This document shows, piece after piece, positions 38,681 to 51,766 of a stretch of DNA of 64,000 nt. The notes below the pieces were generated by a model, which was not told where the DNA came from, made no database searches, and was given only the letters and a program-made list of their open reading frames with translations. Position numbers and translations under genes: made by a program. The stretch is from Eledone cirrhosa (lineage: Eukaryota): positions 142,414,001 through 142,478,000 of the forward strand of contig OZ024742.1 in NCBI GenBank assembly GCA_964016885.1, read 5' to 3'. Each line of letters opens with the position of its first letter. Position 1 is the first letter of the stretch.

Positions 38681-41359
38681 ACACAATAATTGTTTCTACT
38701 TTTGGCACAAGGCCAGCAATTATCCCAGTGTATTACTGGTACTTTATTTTATCGACCCTGTAAGGAAGAAAAGCAAAGTTAACCTCGGCGGGATTTGACC
38801 TCAGACCATAAAGGACTGTAACTCTTTGCTGCAAAACATGGCGTCCGACCCTCTGAGAGATGGAGGCAGTGACAGTGGGAGTTTGGTTCTTTTGTATTTG
38901 GACCTGGTGTATATATGTGTAATTAAGAGAGAATGTTTAATGGTAGAGTCTCTGTCAATCTCAACAATATGCATTCAGTTGTTTAATCAACTGTAATTTG
39001 ACTAGCACTCATGCTGTATGATGAAAGACAATATCATTTATATGGAATTTTGTAAACAAAGTATTCTTGAGGGATGCTTATTTACATATAGTGCAAGCTT
39101 AACCAGCTAGTATAAATTAGCAATAGCACTAACACAGTGTGATTCAAAATAAAGTGTATATGAAACCATATACAATAGTTTAATATGTAATAAACAAACA
39201 TTTAGTCTTACACTAAGTATTTTTAGCTGTGACAAGATCACAGCTACCTCGGCATGACACGGTAACATCAGCATTATGTAGAATGTTCTAACTGCCTAAC
39301 ACATCTTGCTTATCATCATCACTATTTAGCATCTATTTTCCATGCTTGTATGGGTTAGACAGGCAATCTCGTTATGAGGTCAGACAGGTCATGTGATCAC
39401 ATCTTGATCATGTAGCTCATTTTTGGCTTGGTTCTCTATGGCTGAATACCCTCCATAATGCTAACTGCCTTACTGTGAGGAATGAGAGTTCTTTTTTGGT
39501 TTTTTTTGTGGCACTAATACTACCACCATACAGGGTTAATAAAGAAATAATTATTTTAATGTATACACCCATTATCACTATACCTTACTCTCTTACCATC
39601 ATCCTTCTATTACTACACCTAACTCTCATCATGACATGTAAGTAAAGAGGGATGACTTTTGAATATGTCCATATTCAATATTATCATGCACACTCTTTCT
39701 CTCTGATATCTTAGGTGATACTTACCATTCTCAATATCACTCATATCCATCATTTGAGCCCATATCTAATATTAACACTCTCTACCAGTAACCATGATTC
39801 TCTGTCCTCTATGAAATTTTTAGCTGACATTTTCTACTCTCACCATTACATTTCTCTCCTAACATAACACATTCCTATTGATATTCCATTACATTGCTTC
39901 TTTCCAAAGAACATTAACAACAATTCCAGGTGAACAATTAACTTACATAAAATTTGAACCAAGGGAACAGTGGGTCAACATGCTAGAACTAGCTGTGAAA
40001 TTTCCCTACAATCACACACTATCATCTTCAAAATTAGGATACATTGGCAAATGTATTATTAGATATACACAATGTCTGAATAAAACTGGGATGGTCATGG
40101 GAGGGAACCTTTTATGATAGTTTTGCTCAATCAAGACAGAAAGGTGTGGCTAAACAACAAGAGTAACAATTAGAAAATAACAGTTATATGACAATACTAC
40201 TACAACTGCAGCAGGAAATTCTATTACTGGTTTTAACCACCATCATCGTCACCATTTTACATCCATTTTCCATGCTGGCACGTATTGGATAAGTTGTTAC
40301 AACCTATGCCAGTTCTTATCTGAAGTTACTACCTTCCTATACAGACTCATATATTCCATTATTGGCATGGCTTCTACAGCTGGATTCCCTTCTTAATACC
40401 AAACACTTTACAAAATGTATTGGATGCAATATATTTACAAGAGAGCTTGTTATGTCTTTGATTTTACTGGAGAATGCTTTCTTCCCTATACCCAAACACT
40501 TTACAGAGTCCATTTTATCATGGCACCAACACTAGGGAGGTTGTCATGCTCATTACATAACCGAAGAGTCCTCTCTTCCCGACATTGTTACCATACAATC
40601 ATCAACAGAGTCAACTGGGTGAATTATTATTGTGGTCCCAGCAATGGAGAGGTTGTCATGTCTTTGACTTAACTGAAGATTCATCTCTACTCTATGTTTT
40701 TACTATTAAATCAACAAGCACTCCAGAAAGTGTACTGGGTGTATTTTATTGTAGCACCAACACTTGAGTTTTTAAAAAATACTACTGTTTAAAATTCATA
40801 ATATTTAGTTAAAATTAAAATTAAAATGTAAGAGTTGAAAACAATTACTAATAATTCAGGTGTAGGTAAGTTAAAGGAGACTACAATTTCTATCAAAAAT
40901 AAAATCTTATTAGTACCAACAGTACATTGTGGTTGGTGTTAACAAAATCACAAACAAAAATCAGTTAGTTATATTTTTAATAAATAGTAATAATAAACAA
41001 AACATAGGTAATAAAAAAAAATGCATATTATTTATTGTTAAATTATCAAACAAATAATTGTTTATGAAGATGAAGCCATACCATCACCACTGCCACACAA
41101 TTTGCTGATATTAAGAACTGGTCACCAAAAGTGATAAAAAATAAATAATGAATAATTAAGCATGCATATGGCTACGATATTAATTGCAGCAGTATTACAG
41201 TAAAGAAGCCAATTAAAAAAAAAAAGGAAAGAAAGAAAAAAAAACAGAAAAAGAAAGAAAGAAAGAAAAGCCAAACAGAAAAAAAGGAAAAAAAGCTTAA
41301 ATCCTCCAAGAAAAGCCAGAAAAGAGAATATTGTATTGTAAAGGTAATGATGGTATTAC

Positions 41360-41446
41360 ATGTTCGAGACACTCTCAGCTTGACACTGCGGCTCAAGGGT
41401 CCTGGCTGGGCCTCAGCTAACACAGGACTGGGACTCCCACCGGAGT
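41360..41446 (-). CDS. FCHO2: FCHO-like linker exon, probable cassette (SGGSPSPVLAEAQPGPLSRSVKLRVSRT)
   Basis: ttgcag|AC...ACA T|gtaat; 87 nt, symmetric phase 1-1; GC-rich open island in an AT-rich intron. Confidence 0.7.
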
Positions 41447-43674
41447 CTGCAAAGCAATGGTACTGACATCTCACAAAACTAGCCAATTAACAAAATTAAC
41501 AGTTTCAGCATCTATACACTGACATAGTATTGCTGCTACTGCTGCTTTGTACTAAGAGACACAAAATCACAAATAATTAAATGGAAGAGATATATATATA
41601 TATATATATATATGTTTATTTATCCAGAGGAGGTAAACCTGATGTAAATATGTGTGCCTGTATATATACGAGTGAGTACTAAAAGATCTTAAACCATTGC
41701 CCAATTTTGTTTTCAGTTCACCATCACCCTCATATATATAAGGGGGAGGTGTAAGATATTTTGGAAAATTGGTCAAGTCGAGAACTTTTAAGCACTCCAA
41801 CATGTGTGTGCGTGTGTGTGTATCTATATGTTTATATAAATGTGTGTGTGTGTATATATATATATATATAATCACGAGAATACACATCATTATGTCAGGC
41901 TGCGATTTGGTTTCATATCAGAACATATTTTACTTAAGATAATATATCCTTATGTCTGCTCAAAAATCTTCAGGCCTGAATATTTACAGATGTGTGTGTG
42001 TGTTATTTCTGTATTCATGTATATATGTGTATATATTTCTAAGAGTTCTTGTAATAAATCCTTAGCAAATTACAACTGTGATTCATATACAGTCCAGTCA
42101 TGTAATGATCAAAATATAGTATTGTTAAAAAGAAATATCACAACCAATTTGCAGATGTGTTGTAGATGTTGCTAATAAAATATTTCTTGAAATGTTTTGA
42201 CATTAACTATACACACAAAATTAAATTTGTTTATAAAACTCACGAATAAATTATGAAAAAGCTGATTTTGAAAATATCAATATAAAGCAGTTGATTCAAG
42301 AAACATTGGGAAAGTTTGAAATTTGAAATGTATGTACACCAACGTAAATGATTATAACAATAGTTAATCACTATACATAATAATTGAGAAAATCAGGTAA
42401 AGTACTCCTTAAGAGAGAGAGAAAAGTGGAGTGAAGCACCTGCAAGGAAGGTAGTTTTTTCTGTCTCCCGGAGTACCTGATTTTCTTTATTATTATGATC
42501 ATTTGCATTGGGGCACATACCTTTCAAATTTTATATACTTTTTTCTAAAATATACTTTAATATACTTGTAAATGTAAACAAAATATACTCATATACTCTC
42601 CAACTCTATTCTAAACCAAGATATTTGTAATAAGAATACTTTTCTTTTATACAATACTATAAAATAAGGTTGAAATGCGTGAAAAATGTTCTTGTCTAAA
42701 AGAGCAGTAGCAGCAGTAGTAGTCTGTAATAATGAAACAAGAAATTTTAAATAGAAACTTTCAAACAATTTAGAATGACTAGTTTAAAATAATGAGACGT
42801 TAGAGTAGTAGTAGGCAGTTGCCAAAGATCATCAAACATTTACTTCAAGTCAAAGGGACTGAGAAAAAAATTAGGAATTAAGGGGAAAAAAATCAAAATA
42901 ATTGAGATATTCTGAAGTCACAAGAAGAATCTTATGTCTGTCATTAACTTTTTAGTTTTTATTCTTAAAGCATCCTTAGAGGAAACAAACAAATTGGTTT
43001 ACATTCATTGCATAATCACTGCACTACTAACTGCAATATTCTAATATGAAAAAATAAATAAATAGGATTAGCTATATATTGTGAATAAAGAATCTGGTTG
43101 CACTTGGTTGCAAGATCATGAGAAAAAAATTTTAATGCTGAATATAAATATATATAAATGGTCAAACATAAGAGTCAAAAGAATTCTGAAGAATATTGTC
43201 CTTTTACTATGGAAAGCAATTGAAGGGAACAAATACTCAAGGAAAAGAAAAAGGAGGCAGTACTAAATATGTTCCCCAGAGTGTAATATAAGAGTATAAT
43301 AAAACAGGCATCATTCCATCAAGAGAAAAAACAAAAAAAAATAAAAGGAAGACGACAAAAGTGTGATAAAGGAAGAAGAAAAAAATATATATGAAACAAG
43401 CAAGAGCTTTAGTGTGGTGGAAGCAGGGTCAAATAAATGATACCAGCTGTGTAAATTATATGAAAAAATAAAATATTTGTATGAAATAGGATATCTTTAG
43501 ATCCTAATCACAACTAGGATATTATCAGGGGTAAGAGCTGTTATATTACATCTTGAAATGAGAATGATAATAGTTGAAATTGTTGCAATAAAGACAATTC
43601 ACAGAAATTTCAGTTTCTTATGCAAACTATTATTTGGTCTTATGTACTAATCAATTTCTACCCATTTAATTATA

Positions 43675-43741
<67 letters not shown>

Positions 43742-44241
43742 TAATCTTTCGTTTTAAGTATCATTAAAGTGAAAGAAGAAATTTAACAATATTTGTAAAT
43801 AATCATTACTTTGTAAATTGTTTATATATTGAAGAAACAGCTAAGTGTATTAGATGACATATATGTGAGAATCGAACAAAAGATCTTTGTTAGAGTTCAA
43901 TTCCTACATGATATGAACCTCATAACTCATTAATATCAATTACAAACATTTTCTTCCATATTATACTAATCAATTATTTAGAATTTATATATTCAGGTAA
44001 ATTAGATTCATTTGATTACTAATTGTTACAGATTTGTTTCATTTTGTTCTTTTACTTGTTATATTTACTCTGATACTTAAATGTTTACCACATATCTGAT
44101 ACTTAAATGTTTACCACATATTCATGTATACACATATGTATATATACGGTAGACATAGATGCAATTCAATTGAAGCATTCAACGTCATGTTACTTATTCA
44201 AAATAAGAATGACGGAGTATGATTAGAATTAAAAAAATGCC

Positions 44242-44387
44242 AAGTTGTAGATGTTAAAGAGTCCTTTATTAACAAAGCTGTGATACATATTTCAATGACA
44301 ATCATGGTCACTTGATTGTGACCATGATCGTTATTGAAATATGTATCACAGCTTTGTTAATAAAGGGCTCTTTAACATCTACAACTT
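44242..44387. repeat. 146-bp near-perfect inverted repeat (70-bp arms, 6-nt loop)
   Basis: aagttgtagatgttaaagag...ggtcac ttgatt gtgacc...ctctttaacatctacaactt. Confidence 0.9.
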
Positions 44388-44510
44388 CACGTTTTCCACT
44401 CTCTCTCCCCTTATATATATATATATTTATATATATGTCTAATGGTAGCTAAGATGTTTCCATAGGCGGTATGCCGGTTGAGCACTCTATGCTCCTATGG
44501 AGCAGAGTAT

Positions 44511-44804
44511 TATAGAATGGAAAACGAAAAATCAGTGATGCATCGGAACTCAATTTATTATGTTACAATTGTTTCCCCGGCAAACAGCTTGAGGTGCGAT
44601 CTGTGTGTGGATCGACCCGACTCTAAACTCGCAGGCTCCTCGGACATGCTCCGAAATCAATAGCCATATCCGAGGAACCTGCAAGTTTAGAGTCAGGTCG
44701 ATCCACACACAGATCGCACCTCGAGCTGTTCGCCGGAGAAACAATTGTAACACACAATAAATCGAGTTCCGATGCATCACTGATTTTTCGTTTTCCATTC
44801 TATA
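44511..44804. repeat. 294-bp inverted repeat / foldback MITE-like element
   Basis: tatagaatggaaaacgaaaaatcagtgatgcatcgg...ccgatgcatcactgatttttcgttttccattctata; arms about 138 bp. Confidence 0.9.
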
Positions 44805-44825
44805 TATATATGGACACACACACAC

Positions 44826-44858
<33 letters not shown>

Positions 44859-46121
44859 TACACATGTGTATACACTATTCTCACTAATGTTAATAAGGTT
44901 AATTAGTCATTGCTAAAATAAAATTACACATTTCTGAAATAAAATAAAATCTCACAAATACATAACAGTATTAAAATAATTAAATAATAATTAAACTTTT
45001 TAAAAATAAATTTCAATCAGACTCAAAAGCCCAACAATGCATGTGATAAAAACATGTTTGTATTCTAAATTTTCAAACTAACAGATCCTTTTCAAAGAGA
45101 ACAGAAATAAATATATTGAAATATCAACGAAATATTCTTTTCTTTTCTTTCTTATTCCTTCTCTTGAGAACATAAAACACTCGAGAAATCAGTCACCATT
45201 ATTACACTTCATACAAATAGAACGTATTTTACAGAATTAGTTATACCAAAGTAGTGCTGAAATCAGGACATTCCCACCACAGTGTAGATTAAATGAAGGC
45301 AAAGAGATAATTATTTAGATTTCTGTTAGTTATAGAAGTAATAAAAAAAATATTTTCTTCTTATTTTTTTTAATAGCAAAATAGAGAAAAAGGGACAATA
45401 AATTATTACAAAAAAAAAAAATTTTAATTGTATATATGCAGTTTTTTAACCGTGTTAAAGTGTTTAGAGTTAGTAAGAAATGTAAGCAAGTGAATTGCTT
45501 ACCAAGACTACAACACTGAGGTAAAGTCAATCACAAATCTCATAAGAAAGACTCCCCCATAAAGTGATAGTAGCAAGTAGAAATAGCAGTGGCGGTAACA
45601 GCAACAGCATGCACCCAGACCCAGACAAGCCCATAGTTAGCAATCAAGTAGAGGGACAAAGAACAGTCAAATTGACCAAAAATAAATAAATTTAAAAAAA
45701 CAGATGTGTATATGGAGTTGAATAAACCTCATATACACACATCAGGGGAAGAATTAGCAAATAATCCTTTTTCATGATTAGCAACCACATCTTTTGATTA
45801 TTATTATTAATATAATATTTTCTTTTCTCTTACATCTTAAAATAATAAGGGCAATAAAAACAATAAGACAATAGAAGGACATAACAGATATACATAAATC
45901 CCTAACTCAATTTTTTTTTCAGGTAGATAGACAGTAAAAACTAGTAGTCCCTGTCATCATAGAGAGGGTCAGGAAATTATAACTTCCAAAACCCCAAAAT
46001 ACAATCAATTCTAAAAAACAGTTATAGTAATTACAAATAAAATTAGAAGTTACAAAGTAACCTTTAATTAAAAGGATAACTGATAATAATAAAATTCCAA
46101 TTAATTTTTACTTCTCTTTAC

Positions 46122-46229
46122 CTTCCTTTTTCTTCTCTAATGAACCATCTTTTTTCTCCAGTATTTCAGGAGACATGGGTCTCGTCACAGGTAAACACGA
46201 AAGGTCTGGTTCAACAAATTCTTTTGGAC
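46122..46229 (-). CDS. FCHO2: FCHO1/2-like exon (PKEFVEPDLSCLPVTRPMSPEILEKKDGSLEKKKE)
   Basis: ttgtag|GT CCA...GAA G|gtaaag; 108 nt, phase 1-1; EF-E motif that follows the F-BAR domain in FCHO proteins. Confidence 0.85.
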
Positions 46230-47425
46230 CTACAAATATTAAATCATTAACCTTTTAACTTCAGTGAGCAAAATAAGATCATAGCAAAATGATTTCATTA
46301 ACATTTTTGTTAACATATTTCTAATGAAAAACACCTAGTGTTCAAATAATTTTGAAAATAATCAAGAATTTACAGGGATTTAGTAATATAATTTTTTCAT
46401 TATTAAGCTGGTATTAGGAATATAACAAAGGTTTTTACATAAAAATTATGATGGAAAGGATTTAGATAAACATAAACACTTTAAAACAAACAGCTTTGTA
46501 TTGCTAAACGACAACTAGTTTCAGATGGTTTAGAATCAAATGGGTCAAAATTTAGAAGTCACCTCTCTTTTTAATTCAACAAGTACAAAAGAGTCTGTTA
46601 GCCATACCACAGTCTCTTTCAAGCAATGAGACTAAAGAAATACGAAGAATGTATGCTTTTGCCTACTTAAACTACCACAAAGTCTTTGAATGGTTTCAAA
46701 TAACTTTACAAAATAGACCTTATTTGCTGTATACTGAAAAATAAATCTGAATCCTTTGCTATTAAAACTACCGTGTCGGATCTATAGACCTTCAAATTAC
46801 TGGTATAGTGCATGTGATGGACTTCCTCATCGATGCAGTTTCAATCACAAGGCTTGTGACAACCATAGGCTATGATAGAAAACACTAAATGTACAACCTA
46901 TGTACTACCTGTGTTTTAACTTTGAAAATAATCAGGAATTTGAAGGGATTTAGTAAAATTACTAATTTTTTAATTAAGTTGATTTTTTTAAAAATATATA
47001 TGAACTAACGATTCTTGCATAAAATTATAATGGAAGGTTTTAATTTAAATACAGATGCTTTAAAATAAGGAGGTTTATATTAACAAGAAGTAGTCTTGTA
47101 TGGTTCAGTATGAAAAGTTTTAAAAGACTGAAGCAAATTTCTTGAAAAACACTGCCTATGATTTTCAAAAAATTTCGAAAATAATCAGGAATTTGAAGGG
47201 ATTTACTAAGCTGGTGTTTGGAGCATAACTTAACAAGGTTCTTATAAAGGATTTTGATGGAAATTACTTTTAGATAAATATAAACACACTAAAATAAACA
47301 GTTTGGTCAAATAGAATTTGCAGTGTATTTCAGACAGTTTGATATCAAAAGGCTTAACCACTGTCATGTATCCATGAAACTCACTCTCTCTCTCTATATA
47401 TATACATTATATATATATATATATA

Positions 47426-47583
47426 GCGAGGGAAAAGTGGCAAGGAACCAGGTGGACCATAACGCACCAAAGTACTCAATACTTAGGGTAGTAGAGTGGG
47501 TAATAGGAGTAAGTAAGACCCCGACGGCTGAGCTCAAGCCGTTTCGAAACGGCTTGAGCTCAGCCGTCGGGGTCTTACTTACT

Positions 47584-47588
<5 letters not shown>
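47426..47588 (-). mobile_element. Foldback palindrome plus tail element in (TA)n, copy 2
   Basis: Perfect 86-bp palindrome 47503-47588; tail is the reverse complement of the copy 1 tail. Confidence 0.65.
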
Positions 47589-47652
<64 letters not shown>

Positions 47653-47663
47653 ACACACACACA

Positions 47664-49257
47664 CACCGTGCCAGATGCCTTCAGCATCTCAGCAACTATT
47701 TCCGAAGGCCCAGCTCCTTAACCGTCTTCATATCCTTGATTGCCTTACTTATTATACTCCCCTCGACTAACACTGCTGGTCCCTTTATTGGGTCGATATG
47801 GGGGAGACTGTCTTTCTCCCATTTATTCTCCTCATTTAGTAGCCTTTCATAGTGACACTTCCAAGCTACCTTCTTATCAGCGTCGGTGATGGCAAGTGTG
47901 CCATCATCGTTAAGTACACACTTCTCCCCGACAATATCACGGTTTTCCTTGATGCATTGCCTAGCAATCCTGAACACCTCACGTTTTTGGTCCTCGCGTT
48001 GTAGAACATGCTTGAACTTTCTTTCCTCTGCTTCCCTTCTTGCTAAGTACACTTGTCTCCTAGCTTCCCTCCTGGCCACTTGATAGTCTTCTCTACTTCC
48101 CCCATCCCGCCATACTTTCCAAGCCTGCTTTTTGGCCTTAATTGACCCCTCCACCTTACTGTTCCACCACCATGTTACTCTCCTCCTGCCTACAGGCCTG
48201 CTCCAGCCACAGACTTCGTCTGTCGCCATCAGCAGGTTTGCTTTCAGAAATTCCCACTGTCCCTCTATATTTTCCGACTCTAAATGTTCTTCCTTACTGT
48301 CGAAAGCATCAAGTAATATGCTTTGAAATTTATTTCTGGCTGTGGGGTCCTTTAGCTTCCATATTTTTCTCCTGAGGATAGTCCTCTTCTGCTGTCGAGT
48401 ACGTCTCGTCCTGACTATGAGGTCGCTAATTATCAGTCTATGTTGGGAGGTGCATTCTTCATGGGGGAGGGATTTAGTGTTTACAACAGACACTCTGTCA
48501 CGTCTTCTGGTAAGGATATAATCTACCTGGCTTGTGTGTTCCCCGGATCTATAGGTGATCAGGTGATTGTCACGTTTTTTGAAGTTAGTGTTACAGATAG
48601 TTAGGTTATTTGCATCACAGAATTCCAGGATTCTGGAGCCTTCCTCATTTCTAGTACCAAACCCATAGCCTCCATGGATTTCGTCGTAGCCGTCACAATG
48701 TTGTCCAACGTGACCATTTAGGTCGCCTGCAATAATTATATAGTCACTGTCGGATATTTGGGAGGTAGTTAGCATCAGTGTCTCATAGAATCTGTCTTTT
48801 ATAGTGCCGGGCAGTCCGGATTGGGGTGCGTACGCAGATATTACTGTCACCGTAGTTCTATTGAGGACAAGTCGTATTTTAATTATTGTCGTTCACTCTA
48901 TTTACGTCTATTATCTTATCTGCCCACTTTTCTGCTACCATGATTCCTACTCCACCCAGCCCATCGTCGTTTCCCACCCAGAAAAGCTTATAACATCGTT
49001 TTTTACCCTCAATGAATCTAGCAGACCCGCCCCTCCACCTGGTCTCTTGAATACAACAAACATCGACCCCCTTACGTTCAAGCATTTCTACAACCTCGTT
49101 AGCGCGACCCTTTAGGGTGCCTACATTTATGGTACCAACTCTGAAGTTTTGGATTGCGTTTGGAGGGTGGGGTCGGTGGGGGGCGGGGGGAGATGGGGTT
49201 ATGTTAGCCGTCCGCGGTCGAAACAAAGAGGGGTGCTCGCATTCTCGTCCACGAGGT
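47664..49257 (-). mobile_element. Inverted 5' part of an RTE LINE (5' region, AP endonuclease, linker)
   Basis: ORFs 48879-49409 and 47696-48850: GTINVGTL, CIQETRW, SAYAPQ, GDLNGHVG, QVDYIL, SQHR, WWWN. Confidence 0.95.
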
Positions 49258-51266
49258 GATATGAAGACGGGTAAGGCGGCTGGGCCTTTGGAAATAGTTG
49301 CTGAGATGCTGAAGGCATCTGGCACGGTGGGACACACCATGGTCACCCGCATAGTTAACCAAGTCGTACAGAATGGGGTTGTTCCGAAGGACTGGCATAG
49401 CAGCATCATCGTTAACTGTTATAAGGGTAAAGGAGACGCCCTAGATAAGAGTAACTATAGAGGCATTAAACTAATCGACCAGGTCATGAAGGTCACGGAA
49501 AAAGTAATAGCGCAACTAATCAGAGAGAGAATTGACCTAGATGAAATGCAGTTCGGGTTTGTGTCAGGCAAAAGTACCACAGACGCTCTTTTCATTGTAC
49601 GACAACTACAGGAGAAGTACCTAGCTAAAGGTAAACCCCTCTACTTAGCTTTTGTCGACTTGGAGAAAGCCTTCGACAGAGTCCCCCGCTCCATTATCTG
49701 GTGGGCTCTTAGAAAACTAGGCGTTGACGAATGGCTTGTGAGGGCTATTCAAGCCATGTATAAAGAAACAGTCAGCAAGGTTAGAATTAACAACGAATAT
49801 AGTGAAGAGTTTAGTGTAAAAGTTGGCGTCCATCAGGGCTCTGTTCTCTATTTATTATTGCCCTTCAGGCTATAACAGAGGAGTTCAAGACCGGCTGCCC
49901 ATGGGAACTCCTATACGCAGACGACCTGACACTCATAGCGGAATCAATGGCCGAGCTAGAGAAGAAATTCCAAACATGGAAGCACGGCCTAGAATCAAAA
50001 GGACTTAAAATTAACCTGGCTAAGACTAAAGTTCTAGTTTGTAGGAAAAAAAATAAAGGCGGCGGTCCCTTCTGGGAAATGGTCGTGCTCGGTGTGTAGG
50101 AAAGGCGTAGGTAGAAACTCCATTTTATGTCCTAAATGCAAAGTATGGGTGCATAAAAGATGTAGTGGGATCACAGGTAAGCTAACTAAGAACATAGATT
50201 TTACATGTGGCCGGTGCTCTGGTGCAATAAGTAGCAGCAAGTGCCCACAAAATACTAGCTCTTTCAATTGCGCAGAGGGTTCTATAGAAATAGTGGACAG
50301 CTTCCGTTACCTGGGCGATAAAATCAGCAGTGGAGGAGGGTGCTCTGAAAGTACAGTAGCTAGAGTCAGAACTGGATGGAAAAAGTTCAGAGAGCTTATA
50401 CCACTATTAGCTGCTAAAGGGTTCTCCCTAAAAATGAAAGGCAGGTTGTACGATGCCTGCATACGAACAGCAATGTTGCATGGCAGTGAGACCTGGGCAT
50501 TGTGTGCAGAGGATATACGCAGACTAGAGAGGAACGAAGCTTGCATGCTCCGCTGGATGTGTAACAGTAATATACGTGAATGGCAAAGCATAAACGAACT
50601 AAGGAAAAAATTAGAAATAAGAGGGATCAGATGTTGTTTACTCGAGAGAAGGCTACGTTGGTATGGACACGTGATGCGCATGAAAGTCGATAGCTGTATA
50701 ACAAAGTGCAGGGCAATAAAGATAGACGGTAGCCACGGAATAGGCAGACCTAGAAAAACCTGGGACGAGCTGATAAACACCGACCTCACACACTTACACC
50801 TCTCCAAGACAATGTCACTGGACCGAGACCTTTGGCGGTACTCAGTAACAGAGAAAACCCGCCTTACCTAAATACATAGTAAAACCTACTACAGCCAGTA
50901 GGCATCTCTAACAAAATACACCCCGTCCCACCACCCCCACCCCATCCACACCACCCCGTTCTATGTAAAGTTATGTTGGTGCCACGCCATCCAGGCCGAA
51001 ACAAATGAGATCGTGTAGGTGTCACGACAAAAAAACACACAGTCCACGCTGTAATGTAGCCGTGTAGGCAACACGGTAAAAACCTCCCAGACCCACACTG
51101 TAAATGTAGTTGGTGTTAGGAAGGGCATCCAACTGTAGAAAACCTGCCAGACAGTCCTATGCGAGCAAGACAATCACTCTTGCCTCAAGTGGGACTATCC
51201 CCGTCCAAACCCATGCAAGCGTGGAACACGGACGTTAAACGTTGATGATGATGATGATGATGATGA
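49258..51266 (+). mobile_element. Forward 3' part of the same RTE LINE (RT, PHD-like finger, 3' UTR, (TGA)n tail)
   Basis: ORFs 49117-49875 and 50092-50871: NYRGIKL, QFGF, FVDLEKAFD, GVHQG, YADD, YLG, RLRWYGH; (GAT)n tail 51243-51266. Confidence 0.95.
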
Positions 51267-51766
51267 CACATATATATACACATATATGTACATCATAATC
51301 TAGCATGGGTTAGACGGGTTGTCCCATTTGAGGCAAGTTGGGTCGTGTGACCGTGTCTTGCCCACAGAGAACTGCTTCTCGCTTGATTTCTACGGCGGGA
51401 TGCCCTTCCTAATGCCAGCCACATTTACATTGTGTTGGGTACTTTTTGTTGTGACTCCTACACAACCAATTTATAGTGTGAGCTGGGTGTTTTTTGTTGT
51501 GATAACTACACAACTTTACAGTGTAAGGGTGGTTATGAAGTTCACCAGAAGGGTGGGGGGAAGGAGAGGATGAAAGATTCGGGAGGGGAAGGAGAGTGGG
51601 AGATGAATTTGTGTTGGTTTTAGTTTTCCATGCCTGAAATAAAGAAGAATGTTTCCAAGGTCGTCCAGAGACGGGAGGTAAATTCATATTTGTACATATA
51701 TATGTCTACATATGCACACGCACACACACACACACACACAGAAGCAATGACAATGAGGATACTGAC

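Noticed and set aside
42440-42476. Possible extra exon (cag|GTACTCC...TGCAG|gtgctt)
   Set aside because: 37 nt would break the frame, no pyrimidine tract, weak donor
49117-49875. 252-aa ORF as a novel fusion protein
   Set aside because: Its N-terminus is the antisense of the inverted RTE 5' part; a by-product of the inversion
51755-51762. U12-like GTATCCTC just inside the intron after exon 51767
   Set aside because: 4 nt downstream of a good U2 donor, out of frame, and no U12 branch site seen before 46229
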